A DNA stretch of 64,000 nt, taken from positions 6,346-70,345 of IMG/VR virus record IMGVR_UViG_3300021368_000007. One strand, given 5' to 3'. A program made the translations under genes and the position numbers. Of the stretch, positions 8,264 to 18,452 are shown piece after piece (within the stretch, counting starts at the first letter, position 1; every line of letters starts with the position of its first letter). The stretch comes from a virus. The notes beneath the pieces are model-generated. The model did no database searches. It worked only from the letters and a program-made list of their open reading frames with translations, and was not told where the DNA came from.

Positions 8264-11200
8264 TCAGTATGCTTTAATTATATATTTCATTTTGTGGAAG
8301 GGGGTTACGATAGGAACTTTTCTTTGTGGATCCATCTTTGCCTGAGGTACAGGTTTAGTAGAATTATTCCAAGAGAACGTTGCAGGATTCAATTCAAGTT
8401 GAACATCTGATTGGTTGAATGTTATCTGACATGTATTGCCAAAAGTTGCCAATCCATTTCTATATGCAGATCCTTGGGCATTAACATTACCATAAGAGAA
8501 ATCCTGGTTTGGATCAAGAACTGGATCGAGACCTAGCAAGTGAGAGTGTGTCTTGAGTGTACCAGGGTTTTCATAGTTTGTAATTCTACCTCTGCCCTCT
8601 TCCGAATCAATAACACCTGCATCAGTTTCATTCTGAAGTCCAGGTTGGAAATGATCTGCTTTATTACCCTCAAGTAGTGAATCAAGTGCAGAAGTAGGAG
8701 AACCCCAATAGTTTCCAAATGATTGTGTAACATTACCACTATTAGGCAAGAAATCTCCAGCGTCAGTGAATCCACCAGTTCTACTAACTTGCTGGTCAAA
8801 ATCAGTATAGCTCCATCCAACTCCCATTGAGATGTTTTCCCAGTATCCATCATCAAATGCATCTGATTTATCGTCATCTTGGTTGTTAGCACTTCCCGAT
8901 CCCGAAACTGCACCCTGACGACCAGTTTTATAGTATGCAGGAACACCCCATGGAATGACTGGATCACCATCAGGATCTGCAGTTTCAGATGTAACGAAAG
9001 CGTGTTCGTGTGGTGGTACACGAACAGGAACAGACGAAAGATCGTTCATAGTGGCGACAACCGCACCAGTGATGTTAAAGTCAACATCAGCAGTTAGCTG
9101 ATCAGTTCCTGTTGTTCTAGGAGTTCCAAGAGTGAAATACTCAGAATCTACACCTGTAGTTTGTCCAGCAGGAGCAATAACTTGCTCTAGTGGATTAGCA
9201 CCAGCAACATCAACATCATCAACATACCACCATCCACCAGTAGAACCAGGAAGTTCATAAGATCCACCAGCACTAGTTACAGGAACAAACGCCGAGGATC
9301 CTCTGTTAGCATCAACGATACCTCTACCAACCATTCTAACACCACGATAGTCTGGAAGATTAAAGTTTCCTGAATATGTTTTGGTTGCTGTAACATATGT
9401 CGCAGTACCACCATATTGGGTGCCGATTGCATCAAACAACCAAGGATAATCTGCTGCTGCTACTGATTGACCCTTACATTCCAGGAATCCAGGATATCTA
9501 TCTTCTAAAGTGCCATATCCATAGTTACCATCGTCTACAACAGTTTCTTTTGGAACAGGGATAACTGTACCAATTGAATAACCATCAAACTTAGGTTGTC
9601 TATAGTAATCTTTAGCATCATTTGGATCTTCTCCTGCTGCTGTCCAACCTGCCTCATCGAAGGAAGCATTCTTCTCAGTATACCACACTCCAAGATATGC
9701 TGGGGGAATTGGTTTCACAGCATAATTAACAGATCTTAAGTTAAAAGGGGTTGCATCACCAAATGTAATAGTAGTTCTGGTTTGATGAGACAATCCAATA
9801 ACAGGTTCTACATCAGCATTTCCAGGTTGTTGTAGAATAATTGTAATAAGAACTGGATCTCCAGTATAATCTGGTTGAACTGTAACGCCACCAGTTTGAG
9901 TTGCAGATACAGCAGGTGCTCCATTGATAGAGAATAAAACATCTCCTACATTTTCTCCTGTAGCAAATCCAAACTCATTATATGCTAGTGGTGCAGTAGC
10001 ACTAATTGTAATCGGTTGATTAAAATCTGTCAATCCAATAGGTCCGACAAGACTAGATCCGCCAGGAGTTCTATTCAATACTTCATTAATAGGTGTAAAT
10101 GATGGAGTAGTGTCAGGTGCTGCCCAGTTAGTAATTGTCCATGGAAAAATGTCTCTATCGCCAACACTAATTGCCATTTTTACTTCACCATTAAATCCAT
10201 TAATTGGATCATTAATAGTAGTAGCTCCATCCATAACCAGGCGAATTCTATCACCATTTTGTACAGTTACATTACCAAACTGACCAGGAGAACCATCGTT
10301 TTTAATAATTCTAGGATTAGTAGCAGTTGTTTCTGAAGTTCTCAGGTTTACAGGAACTGAAATGCCATCAGTAAGACCAGCAATCAATGCATCTTGGTTA
10401 CTATTAGCAGCAGAACCTGATTGAACTGTAGATACGTAGTTTGTTCCTCCTGGTTGTTGCTCAATCAAATCTTGGAACGTAAAAACATCTGGTAGTTCAT
10501 CAATATCATCACCAGTAATTACTCTCCAAGATCCATTATTGGCATTATCTCCAATTGTAATACCATAGTCTTCTGTAAGGTTTCCAACACCACCTGTCTC
10601 TGCTCTCAACTGAACATACTGACCATTATTTACCTGAAGATTATCTCCCCATCCACTAAGGATATTATTAAATACAGCATCACCCTGAGAATTAGTGAAT
10701 GTAGTATTGAAATTAGAAACAGCAGCTTCTACATTAGTAGGAACACTAATGGTAGCAGTAGTATTCAAACCATTAATTTGAACAATATCACTATACACAT
10801 ATTGGAAATTCAATGGTGCATCATTATACGTACCAAAGTTGGGATCGGGAAATGGTGTGTTAACTGGAACTGCACCAGTTTTTACCACCCATTCAGCACT
10901 GCCACTACCAATAACTACATCAATTCTATGACTAGTGACTGCTACAGTAGGAGATTTTAACCTTAACTGAATCTGATCATTATTTGATACTGTTAAATTG
11001 CTGCTATTAGTAAGCCAAGAACCCCAAGCATTGTAACCAGATCCATTATAAACTCTAAGTCTAAATCCCCAAGCAGCACTAGTCTGATCAAGAGTATTAG
11101 ATGAAACTAGTAGTGGTGCTTGAGTAGTACTGTCTAGACCAGTAATAGTTACAACTTGCTCTCCTGCTCTTAGTGCAGGGGGATCACCTTGTTCCCCTGT

Positions 11201-11461
11201 ATATGCAACACCATTATCAGGATCTGCAGTTGCTGCAAATGTATACAATTCATCTAGATCTGCAGGATCTACATTCTGAAAACCAAATGGATCGGGAGCA
11301 AAGTCTTCTAACTTCGTCTCAATAATCCAGAAGACAGTAAGTTCACCAATATCAATACGTACCTGTTCAATGGTATCAAATCCAGGAGGTGCTTCATACC
11401 TAAACTGGACTGATTGACCATCAGCAACATATAACGGATTGGCACTATACGAATAGGTCAT
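8264..11461 (-). CDS. tail fibre with tail-collar domain
   Basis: IGTVIPV...GFLECKGQSV...YPWLFDAIGTQYGG...FNLPDYRG collar motif, HxH metal-binding motifs and a YIIKAY C-terminus. Confidence 0.8.
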   Translation of the reverse strand: MTYSYSANPLYVADGQSVQFRYEAPPGFDTIEQVRIDIGELTVFWIIETKLEDFAPDPFGFQNVDPADLDELYTFAATADPDNGVAYTGEQGDPPALRAGEQVVTITGLDSTTQAPLLVSSNTLDQTSAAWGFRLRVYNGSGYNAWGSWLTNSSNLTVSNNDQIQLRLKSPTVAVTSHRIDVVIGSGSAEWVVKTGAVPVNTPFPDPNFGTYNDAPLNFQYVYSDIVQINGLNTTATISVPTNVEAAVSNFNTTFTNSQGDAVFNNILSGWGDNLQVNNGQYVQLRAETGGVGNLTEDYGITIGDNANNGSWRVITGDDIDELPDVFTFQDLIEQQPGGTNYVSTVQSGSAANSNQDALIAGLTDGISVPVNLRTSETTATNPRIIKNDGSPGQFGNVTVQNGDRIRLVMDGATTINDPINGFNGEVKMAISVGDRDIFPWTITNWAAPDTTPSFTPINEVLNRTPGGSSLVGPIGLTDFNQPITISATAPLAYNEFGFATGENVGDVLFSINGAPAVSATQTGGVTVQPDYTGDPVLITIILQQPGNADVEPVIGLSHQTRTTITFGDATPFNLRSVNYAVKPIPPAYLGVWYTEKNASFDEAGWTAAGEDPNDAKDYYRQPKFDGYSIGTVIPVPKETVVDDGNYGYGTLEDRYPGFLECKGQSVAAADYPWLFDAIGTQYGGTATYVTATKTYSGNFNLPDYRGVRMVGRGIVDANRGSSAFVPVTSAGGSYELPGSTGGWWYVDDVDVAGANPLEQVIAPAGQTTGVDSEYFTLGTPRTTGTDQLTADVDFNITGAVVATMNDLSSVPVRVPPHEHAFVTSETADPDGDPVIPWGVPAYYKTGRQGAVSGSGSANNQDDDKSDAFDDGYWENISMGVGWSYTDFDQQVSRTGGFTDAGDFLPNSGNVTQSFGNYWGSPTSALDSLLEGNKADHFQPGLQNETDAGVIDSEEGRGRITNYENPGTLKTHSHLLGLDPVLDPNQDFSYGNVNAQGSAYRNGLATFGNTCQITFNQSDVQLELNPATFSWNNSTKPVPQAKMDPQRKVPIVTPFHKMKYIIKAY

Positions 11462-11489
11462 CTAAATCTGATACTTTGTCCCGTACTGG

Positions 11490-11497
11490 TATTTATT
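11490..11497 (-). promoter_or_regulatory. T4-type late promoter
   Basis: AATAAATA about 29 nt upstream of the fibre gene ATG. Confidence 0.65.
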
Positions 11498-13259
11498 ATA
11501 TTTGTCTGAGGTTCTTCCAATTAGACTCGATGTCTGGATCGGCATTATCAAAACGAACTTTAATAGGTCTGTTTGATTTGATTTCAGCAGCAACATCGAT
11601 ATCTTCAATGGTAATAGGATCACTCAAAACATCATCAGTGTCTGGTGCCACAACTTGATCTTCGGGCACTACTCCTCTACTATCTTCAATAGCAATATTA
11701 TCAGGCAATTCATCAACATTGACATCAATAGTCGCAGCTTGTGAAGTGTTTCCACCTCCACCTTGAGCAGAAAGAGTCATATTAATTTCAAATGGTCCAT
11801 GTAGTCCCCATGGAATGTTTGCTGTCACATTATTTGTAATAGAACCACCACTCGAATCAGAATTAGTTCCAGGTAAAGAAACACTTTGAGAAACAGTCGT
11901 TGGATTGCCATTAGAAGGATTTCTCATCGTGTAAACAATAGTTCCGATTACACCACTTGTAGCATATCGATATGTAACTGGAATGACAAGATTAGATTCC
12001 CAATTGATAGTGCTGGGAGCAGTATAACTTATCTGTGGTATTTGATTGACAACAATAGTTACTGAGTCACTATCATTACCACCAAGACCACTAGCATTTA
12101 TAGTATATGTTGTGGTGGTAGATGGAGATACATTTTTACTGGAAGCTAGCAAAACAGCACCAATACCTTGATTGATTGATGCTGATGATGCATCGCCAGT
12201 TGTACTCCAGGTTAATGTTGCATTGGCACCTGCAGTGACAGGATTAGGATTTGCAGAGATAGTTACATTTACTGGTTGATATACAGTAACAGTTACACTT
12301 TCTGAGTCATTACCTGCTAGTCCTTGTGCGGTTAAAGTATATGATTTAGTTGAAGTTGGAGCGACAGTTGTAGAACCACTCGCAGAAACAGAACCGACAC
12401 CCTGGTTAATAGATCGCGATGTCGAATCAACTACAGTCCAACTCAAAGTAACACTTTGATTTCCGTTGTTAATAACAGTTGTTGGATTTGCACTGAAATT
12501 AGTAATTTCTGCTACTGATAAACTATAACTAAGTACCGCTTCGCCCTGTCCATTATTAGTACCTTGACTTGACAGACTCATTTTGTTTCCATTATAGCGA
12601 GAACTGCCGCCTCCGCCGCCACCTCCGCCGTTGTTACAATCAGTGCCAGAACCGCCACCACCACCTCCAGAGTGACCGCCACCACCACCTCCACCGCCGC
12701 CGCCGTCTCCGCCGCCTTTGTTGGATCCAGCATCACCATTATCAGCATTAATGCTAGAATTGTTAGTCCAACCTCCACCATTGCCTCCATTACCACCAGG
12801 GCGTTGAGCACCACCACAAGAGAAGGATCCTCCTCCGCCGCCTCCGCCGCCTCCTGCAATAGCAACTAGGTTACCGCCCAAGTAAAATGTAGATGCGGCA
12901 CCACCACCAGCGCCACACCCAGACCATCCACTAGCGCCATCATCACCACCTTTACCACCATCACCATTTCCATTAACACTTCCACCATTACCACCAATAG
13001 CAGCACCAGATCCACCAGGACCATTGGCACCTTGAGTTCCTGCTCTTAATGAGTAACTTCTATCACTATTTGAACCATTAATAGAAAATTGTCCTCTTCT
13101 GCCACTACCAGCAGATCCTCCAGGTCCGCCAGAGTCAAATCCTCCAGCTCCTCCTTTAGCACCTTTAAGTGTTAAAACAATATTTGTAGCGCCGCCAGGG
13201 ATAGTGCCGTTTTTGACACCACCCAAAGGAGAAGAGACAGATACGTTTGAAGTTGCCAT
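11496..13259 (-). CDS. glycine-rich virion/tail-associated protein, paralogue 1
   Basis: Gly-rich N-terminal domain, Ig/PKD-like repeats (TTTYTINASG) and a C-terminal PD..IPDS...DPI...EIKSNRPI.VRFD...W.NLRQI domain. Confidence 0.75.
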   Translation of the reverse strand: MATSNVSVSSPLGGVKNGTIPGGATNIVLTLKGAKGGAGGFDSGGPGGSAGSGRRGQFSINGSNSDRSYSLRAGTQGANGPGGSGAAIGGNGGSVNGNGDGGKGGDDGASGWSGCGAGGGAASTFYLGGNLVAIAGGGGGGGGGSFSCGGAQRPGGNGGNGGGWTNNSSINADNGDAGSNKGGGDGGGGGGGGGGHSGGGGGGSGTDCNNGGGGGGGGSSRYNGNKMSLSSQGTNNGQGEAVLSYSLSVAEITNFSANPTTVINNGNQSVTLSWTVVDSTSRSINQGVGSVSASGSTTVAPTSTKSYTLTAQGLAGNDSESVTVTVYQPVNVTISANPNPVTAGANATLTWSTTGDASSASINQGIGAVLLASSKNVSPSTTTTYTINASGLGGNDSDSVTIVVNQIPQISYTAPSTINWESNLVIPVTYRYATSGVIGTIVYTMRNPSNGNPTTVSQSVSLPGTNSDSSGGSITNNVTANIPWGLHGPFEINMTLSAQGGGGNTSQAATIDVNVDELPDNIAIEDSRGVVPEDQVVAPDTDDVLSDPITIEDIDVAAEIKSNRPIKVRFDNADPDIESNWKNLRQI

Positions 13260-15166
13260 TAGATTTGCCTTATGTTTTTCCAGCTTGATGCTTGATCAGG
13301 GGGATCATCATCAAAACGAATTTGAATAGGTCGATTTGCTTTGATCTCTACAGGAATATCTATACCAGTAACTTCAATAGGATCACTTAGTACATCCTCT
13401 TCATCTGGCGATTCAACCTGATCTTCAGGTATTGCTCCCCTACTATCTGGAATATTCATGGTATCTGGCATTGTGTCGATGATAACAGGAATCGTCCCGA
13501 CCTGATTTACATTACCACCAGAACCATTTGCTGCAACAACAACATCAATCTCATATGGTCCGAAATCACCCCAAGGAATATCTGTTGTTAAATCTTGTGT
13601 TATCTGCCCTGATTGATCTGCTGTAGCATTTGTAGATCCATTAACAACCAGAGTGTCTGTTGAACCATCAAGATATCTTGCCGTGTAAGTAGCACTTACT
13701 AGAGTATTTGCATAATCAGTTGTGGTGTCTAAAGTAAAAGTATCCCCATAGTCAATTTGTGTAGGAATCTCAACACTTAATGTTGGTATTTGATAAACTT
13801 GAACTATAACATTGTCAGTATCACTACCACCAGGACCACTAGCAGATAGTGTATAAGTTGTAGTAGTGCTAGGACTTACCGACTGAGTATCTGTAAGAGA
13901 GACAGAACCAATTCCTTGATTGATTGATGCTGTATTAGCACTTCCACTAACTTGCCAATCTAAATTTACACTTTGACCAATAATAATAGCTGTGGTATCT
14001 GGTTGACCACCTGCACTCAATGCAGCTACAACAGGTGCGTAAACATCTACATTAATTGATGATGTATCTGTTGCTGATCCAGCATATGCAGTGAGAGTAA
14101 TTGGTGCATCAATCTGCTCACCAGAAGAAGCACTAGGAGTCCAAGTATATGATAGTGTATCACCAGGAGAAAATGTCACACTAGCAGAAGCACCATTTGT
14201 TCCAAAAGGACCACCCAATGTAGCACTAACAAAATCAATTATATTAAATGTAAATGTAAATGATGCTGGATTGCCACCAATAATTAGTGATGGGCTACTA
14301 CTAGAGAAAGAAGTAATTTCTGGTTGTAGAGCAGTCCATTGTACATTAACATATCCATTACCACTAGTACCATTACTAGCAGTAAGACCATAGTTAGTTA
14401 CTAAAGTAACAATACTATTATTATATCTAGAAATAGAAGATTGATTATACGCTTTTGAAGTACCAAGGGCAGATCCACCGCCGCCACCAGTACCACCATT
14501 TGATCCACGACTGACGCCACTTAATCCACCAGATAATGAACTAATCGCACCTGTTTGAAACTGACTAGTATTAGCTCCATTACCATCACCAGGAGCGCCG
14601 CCTCCGCCTCCACCGCCGCCAGAGACAACAGCTATGCTCCCACTTACATAAACTACAGTAGCAGCACCACCGCCGCCTCCAGCGCCAGCATTTTTGTTCC
14701 TATAACATGTTCGTGGACAAAACCAACGATATCCACCTTCTGCACATCCATTATTAGGTGCGTTGGTGTATCCACCAGAACATGGTGGACTATCTGTACA
14801 ACTATATCCTGGAGCAACAGGACATGTACATATATTAGCAGTATATGTACAGTTATAAGCTTCTACCCAGACTCCACTTGCTCCACTGCCACCATCACCA
14901 TTTCCATTAACACTTCCACCTCCTCCAAAAGAAGCTCCACTACCACCATTACCTCCCTTTGTTCCAGGTCTAAGATTTAATGATCTTTGTACAAAATTTC
15001 CACCAATTAGAAATTTTCCTCTACGAGAAAGACCACGAGATCCACCACCATTTCCACCTACACCACCTCTACCACCTATAAGATCAATATAGATATCCCT
15101 GGCATTATCAGGAATAGTTAGGTTCTGGCTTGATGAGTATGTTTGATTGTAAGCGGTTGTAGACAT
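13259..15166 (-). CDS. glycine-rich virion/tail-associated protein, paralogue 2
   Basis: Gly-rich N-terminal domain with a Cys-rich insert, Ig-like repeats and the same C-terminal domain. Confidence 0.75.
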   Translation of the reverse strand: MSTTAYNQTYSSSQNLTIPDNARDIYIDLIGGRGGVGGNGGGSRGLSRRGKFLIGGNFVQRSLNLRPGTKGGNGGSGASFGGGGSVNGNGDGGSGASGVWVEAYNCTYTANICTCPVAPGYSCTDSPPCSGGYTNAPNNGCAEGGYRWFCPRTCYRNKNAGAGGGGGAATVVYVSGSIAVVSGGGGGGGGAPGDGNGANTSQFQTGAISSLSGGLSGVSRGSNGGTGGGGGSALGTSKAYNQSSISRYNNSIVTLVTNYGLTASNGTSGNGYVNVQWTALQPEITSFSSSSPSLIIGGNPASFTFTFNIIDFVSATLGGPFGTNGASASVTFSPGDTLSYTWTPSASSGEQIDAPITLTAYAGSATDTSSINVDVYAPVVAALSAGGQPDTTAIIIGQSVNLDWQVSGSANTASINQGIGSVSLTDTQSVSPSTTTTYTLSASGPGGSDTDNVIVQVYQIPTLSVEIPTQIDYGDTFTLDTTTDYANTLVSATYTARYLDGSTDTLVVNGSTNATADQSGQITQDLTTDIPWGDFGPYEIDVVVAANGSGGNVNQVGTIPVIIDTMPDTMNIPDSRGAIPEDQVESPDEEDVLSDPIEVTGIDIPVEIKANRPIQIRFDDDPPDQASSWKNIRQI

Positions 15167-15169
15167 GAA

Positions 15170-15505
15170 TTATTTTCCTAACTCATCCATTGCTTGATTC
15201 ATAATTTCTTTTTGAAGAACAATATCTTCTTGTACCAAAAGACCCAAAAGATCCCACAAGATAGTGGTTTCATCTCTATCCATTCTTATCAAAATACTTT
15301 TAAGTTCTTCTTGGATAAAATTTTTAACCTTTTCTGCATCCTCGGTTTGAAAAGTATTACACATCATTTCCCAAGTGTTACTAGTCAAATGATAGACTCT
15401 TCTTTGAAGCATTTCATATTCACCTTCCACGAGAGGACCAGTACCAATAGGATGTGCCTCTCGGTATTCTTTGATTAGTTCGTCAATATTCATGTTAATT
15501 ACCAT
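15170..15505 (-). CDS. hypothetical protein
   Basis: 111-aa AT-rich ORF between the paralogues. Confidence 0.6.
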   Translation of the reverse strand: MVINMNIDELIKEYREAHPIGTGPLVEGEYEMLQRRVYHLTSNTWEMMCNTFQTEDAEKVKNFIQEELKSILIRMDRDETTILWDLLGLLVQEDIVLQKEIMNQAMDELGK

Positions 15506-15684
15506 TTAGGAGGATCAGCAGGACATTTCATAAAAGGTACTAAAACCTTTGCAGGCATAAAACACCCACACAATTTACATTGTTTAGTTGCTTGATTAAA
15601 ATTTTCACATTGAATACAAATTTTCATTTTATTAACAGCTTCCTGCTTCATGCGAGTAAACCTGTTTTCCATAAAACTTATCAC
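15499..15684 (-). CDS. small Cys-rich putative Zn-binding protein
   Basis: CxxC...CxxCGC...CP...KW pattern. Preceded by a late promoter ATAAATA (15696-15702). Confidence 0.65.
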   Translation of the reverse strand: MISFMENRFTRMKQEAVNKMKICIQCENFNQATKQCKLCGCFMPAKVLVPFMKCPADPPKW

Positions 15685-15698
15685 ATAATTTTAAATAT

Positions 15699-17552
15699 TT
15701 ATGTTATCTGCCTTAAATTATTCCAATTAGACTCGATGTCTGGATCGGCATTATCAAAGCGAACTTGAATAGGTCGATTTGACTTGATTTCAACTGGTAT
15801 ATCTATGTCTTCGATAACAATAGGATCACTCAATACTGTATCAGTATCTGGTGCTTCAACCTGATCTTCAGGTACTACATTTCTACTATCTGGGATATTA
15901 ATTGCATCTGGAGTTTGGTCAATGTCTACTTCGACTATCACCCCTTCAGTATTAACATTTCCTCCGCAACCTGCTGCTGACAATGTATATTCAATAGTCT
16001 CTGGACCAAAATTATTCCAAGGAATATTCAAATCTACAGTTGCTGTAGTTTCAACATTGTTCTTATCACTTGCAGATGGTGTTAACTGAATAGTACCAGT
16101 TGTAACAACACCATTAGTTCCAGTGTAGACAGCATTTATTTGTGCAACAGTAGTAGCATTTCTATATGAAACATTTACACTAGGAGTGTCTCCATAATCA
16201 AGTGTTGATGGAAAAGTTGCACTAATTTGAGGTATTTGACATACCTGAACTAACACTTCAGCAGTGTCATTACCACCAAGACCACTAGCAGTTAGTGTAT
16301 ACGTTGTACTTACAGAAGGAGAAACTGATGCTGATGATGATAACAACACCTGTCCATTATTTGTTATATTTGGACTAATACTAGCAGTAGAAGCGTCACC
16401 AGTAACACTCCATGTTAAATTTGTGCTTTGACCTGCAGTAATAGGATTAGGATTTGCAAATATATTAGCAACAACTGGTTGATATACATCAACTGTTACA
16501 GCTTCGGTAGTTACAGATCCCTGAGCACCACCGAAATTTTTTGCAGTTATCGTATATGTTGTACTATCAGTAGGATTGACTACTATAGATCCTGTCAATC
16601 CAGGACTATTGAGGACATTATAGGTAGATTCATCTCCACCACTACCAACAATTTGCAAGAAATCAACAGAAATACCACTTACATCCCAAGACAATGTACT
16701 AGATCCAGGATTAATAAATGACGTTGGAGACGCACTAAATGTAACTGTTGGTGGAGGTGGTGGCAAGACTGTTACTGTAACAAGTCTCTGCTGAGATCCT
16801 ACTGGTCCAGTAACAGTTAATTGATATTGAGTTGTTGCTGCTGGATTTACAGTAATTGTACCAGAAGGATCATTTACCGCACCGACTCCTGCATTAATTA
16901 CTGCACTGGTAACATCACCAAAAACAACCCAAGACAAAGTAGCACTACCACCATAGGGAATAGTTACACCCTCTACTACATTGAAGTTGTTCAGAAAGTT
17001 TGGATCAGCAGAAAATGAAGCAGATGGAGGAAAGTCAACAGTTTGATCTACCGACCATCTCTCACCCTGATCACTAACATTAAGAACAACATTAATTCCT
17101 GCAGCAGCACATCTTACAAAGAAATAGTCATAAGATGCTCTAACTGTGCTCAGTCTCATAGAACCAGAGACATCCAACCACAGCGATACATATGATCCTG
17201 GCGGTTGTGTATCTAAACCACAAATAGCAAACCAATCAGATCTATTAGATGTAGATCCATTGTCTCTAGCAACTGTTCTAGTTCTTGTAAGAGAATCATT
17301 AATAAAATTATTTGGTCTTAATAGGTCAGAAAATTGTCGTCCTGGTTGCAACAACCAAAACTCTCTACCATTTCCATTATTGTTGGGATATTCTGATCTA
17401 AATCTATTCCAGTCATTTTGAAGCGCCTGTGCGCTACTACTTACACTTTGTGGCCAAGGTGAAGGTGGTGGATTTTGGTTGTAATTATTTCTTGCCTGGT
17501 TACCTAGAGATTCGTCAATAACTGAGATACATTGCGTTCTTGGGACTACCAT
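15699..17552 (-). CDS. virion/tail-associated protein, paralogue 3 (vWA-like N-terminus)
   Basis: LWLDVSGSM (MIDAS-like DxSxS motif), Ig-like repeats and the same C-terminal domain. Confidence 0.75.
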   Translation of the reverse strand: MVVPRTQCISVIDESLGNQARNNYNQNPPPSPWPQSVSSSAQALQNDWNRFRSEYPNNNGNGREFWLLQPGRQFSDLLRPNNFINDSLTRTRTVARDNGSTSNRSDWFAICGLDTQPPGSYVSLWLDVSGSMRLSTVRASYDYFFVRCAAAGINVVLNVSDQGERWSVDQTVDFPPSASFSADPNFLNNFNVVEGVTIPYGGSATLSWVVFGDVTSAVINAGVGAVNDPSGTITVNPAATTQYQLTVTGPVGSQQRLVTVTVLPPPPPTVTFSASPTSFINPGSSTLSWDVSGISVDFLQIVGSGGDESTYNVLNSPGLTGSIVVNPTDSTTYTITAKNFGGAQGSVTTEAVTVDVYQPVVANIFANPNPITAGQSTNLTWSVTGDASTASISPNITNNGQVLLSSSASVSPSVSTTYTLTASGLGGNDTAEVLVQVCQIPQISATFPSTLDYGDTPSVNVSYRNATTVAQINAVYTGTNGVVTTGTIQLTPSASDKNNVETTATVDLNIPWNNFGPETIEYTLSAAGCGGNVNTEGVIVEVDIDQTPDAINIPDSRNVVPEDQVEAPDTDTVLSDPIVIEDIDIPVEIKSNRPIQVRFDNADPDIESNWNNLRQIT

Positions 17553-17561
17553 ATCTCAACC

Positions 17562-18452
17562 TCACATTTTGATAATGTACGAGACGACAATAAAAGGTGT
17601 TACGACATTATCTAATTTTGTGATATCGTCAACACCAACGTTCAATGTTGTTGATACATTATCTGCAGGAATCTGGAATGGTTCAAATGAATATGCAAAG
17701 TTGTGATTATAAGTGTTTGGTTTTCCTAGTTTGTGAACATGAGACGTGCTCTCATTAGTATTCAATTCAGTAGTTTCTACAACGTTATAGGCACCAGAGT
17801 TTCCACTATCTGCTCCACTTTCTTTACCATCTCCACTTACTTGGTGGTTTGCACTAAAGTTGATGTAAGTTGCAGATGATTTATGTACGTGACCCTGAAA
17901 ATTTTCAATGTCTAGGAATTCTTCAGATGTTAGTGCTGGAAATTGGTACTTTACATTTGCTTGAAAATCGTAATCGTTGTCAACTACTTTTCTTCTTCCT
18001 TCAAAGTTGCCCAAGAAATCACATGTTAACTGAGTTCCTTCATTACATACAACCTCAACTTCAGGACCAACTCTAGAAAGATTAGAATCACCAACGAAAT
18101 CGTTTGTATAGTCTCCAACAGATCTAGATGCAACAATAACTTTAGATCCTAGATCGGGAAGTTGAAATTGTCCCAAGTCACCAGTTTCCTCATCAGGTTC
18201 TCTAAGAGTTACATTATCTTTTCTAAATTTTGATTCACTTCCTACACCCAGAACTTGTGACAACGCAAGGTACTCACTTGCATTTTTGATACTACCATCA
18301 CAAAGCAAAAATCCTGCAGGCGCATGAAGTTTAAAAGGAGTAGTAGAAGAATCATTAACTCCTGTTAGATATGGTGTAGCATGAGTTTGGATAGAACCAA
18401 TGTATCCACCATATTTTGCTTTTGTTTGTGCGTAGTTATTTGTATTTGCCAT
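17562..18452 (-). CDS. tail-collar domain protein (baseplate/short fibre)
   Basis: PAGFLLCDGS...YLALSQVLG...FQLPDLGSK, HxH motifs and a YIIKM C-terminus. Confidence 0.75.
   Translation of the reverse strand: MANTNNYAQTKAKYGGYIGSIQTHATPYLTGVNDSSTTPFKLHAPAGFLLCDGSIKNASEYLALSQVLGVGSESKFRKDNVTLREPDEETGDLGQFQLPDLGSKVIVASRSVGDYTNDFVGDSNLSRVGPEVEVVCNEGTQLTCDFLGNFEGRRKVVDNDYDFQANVKYQFPALTSEEFLDIENFQGHVHKSSATYINFSANHQVSGDGKESGADSGNSGAYNVVETTELNTNESTSHVHKLGKPNTYNHNFAYSFEPFQIPADNVSTTLNVGVDDITKLDNVVTPFIVVSYIIKM

Noticed and set aside
12600-12960. GC-rich CCG/CCA triplet runs resembling a tandem repeat or foreign island
   Set aside because: These are poly-Gly codons of the structural protein.
11496-17552. 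Diversity-generating retroelement explanation for the near-identical 3' ends
   Set aside because: No reverse transcriptase in the window, both copies are coding, and the differences do not look adenine-specific.
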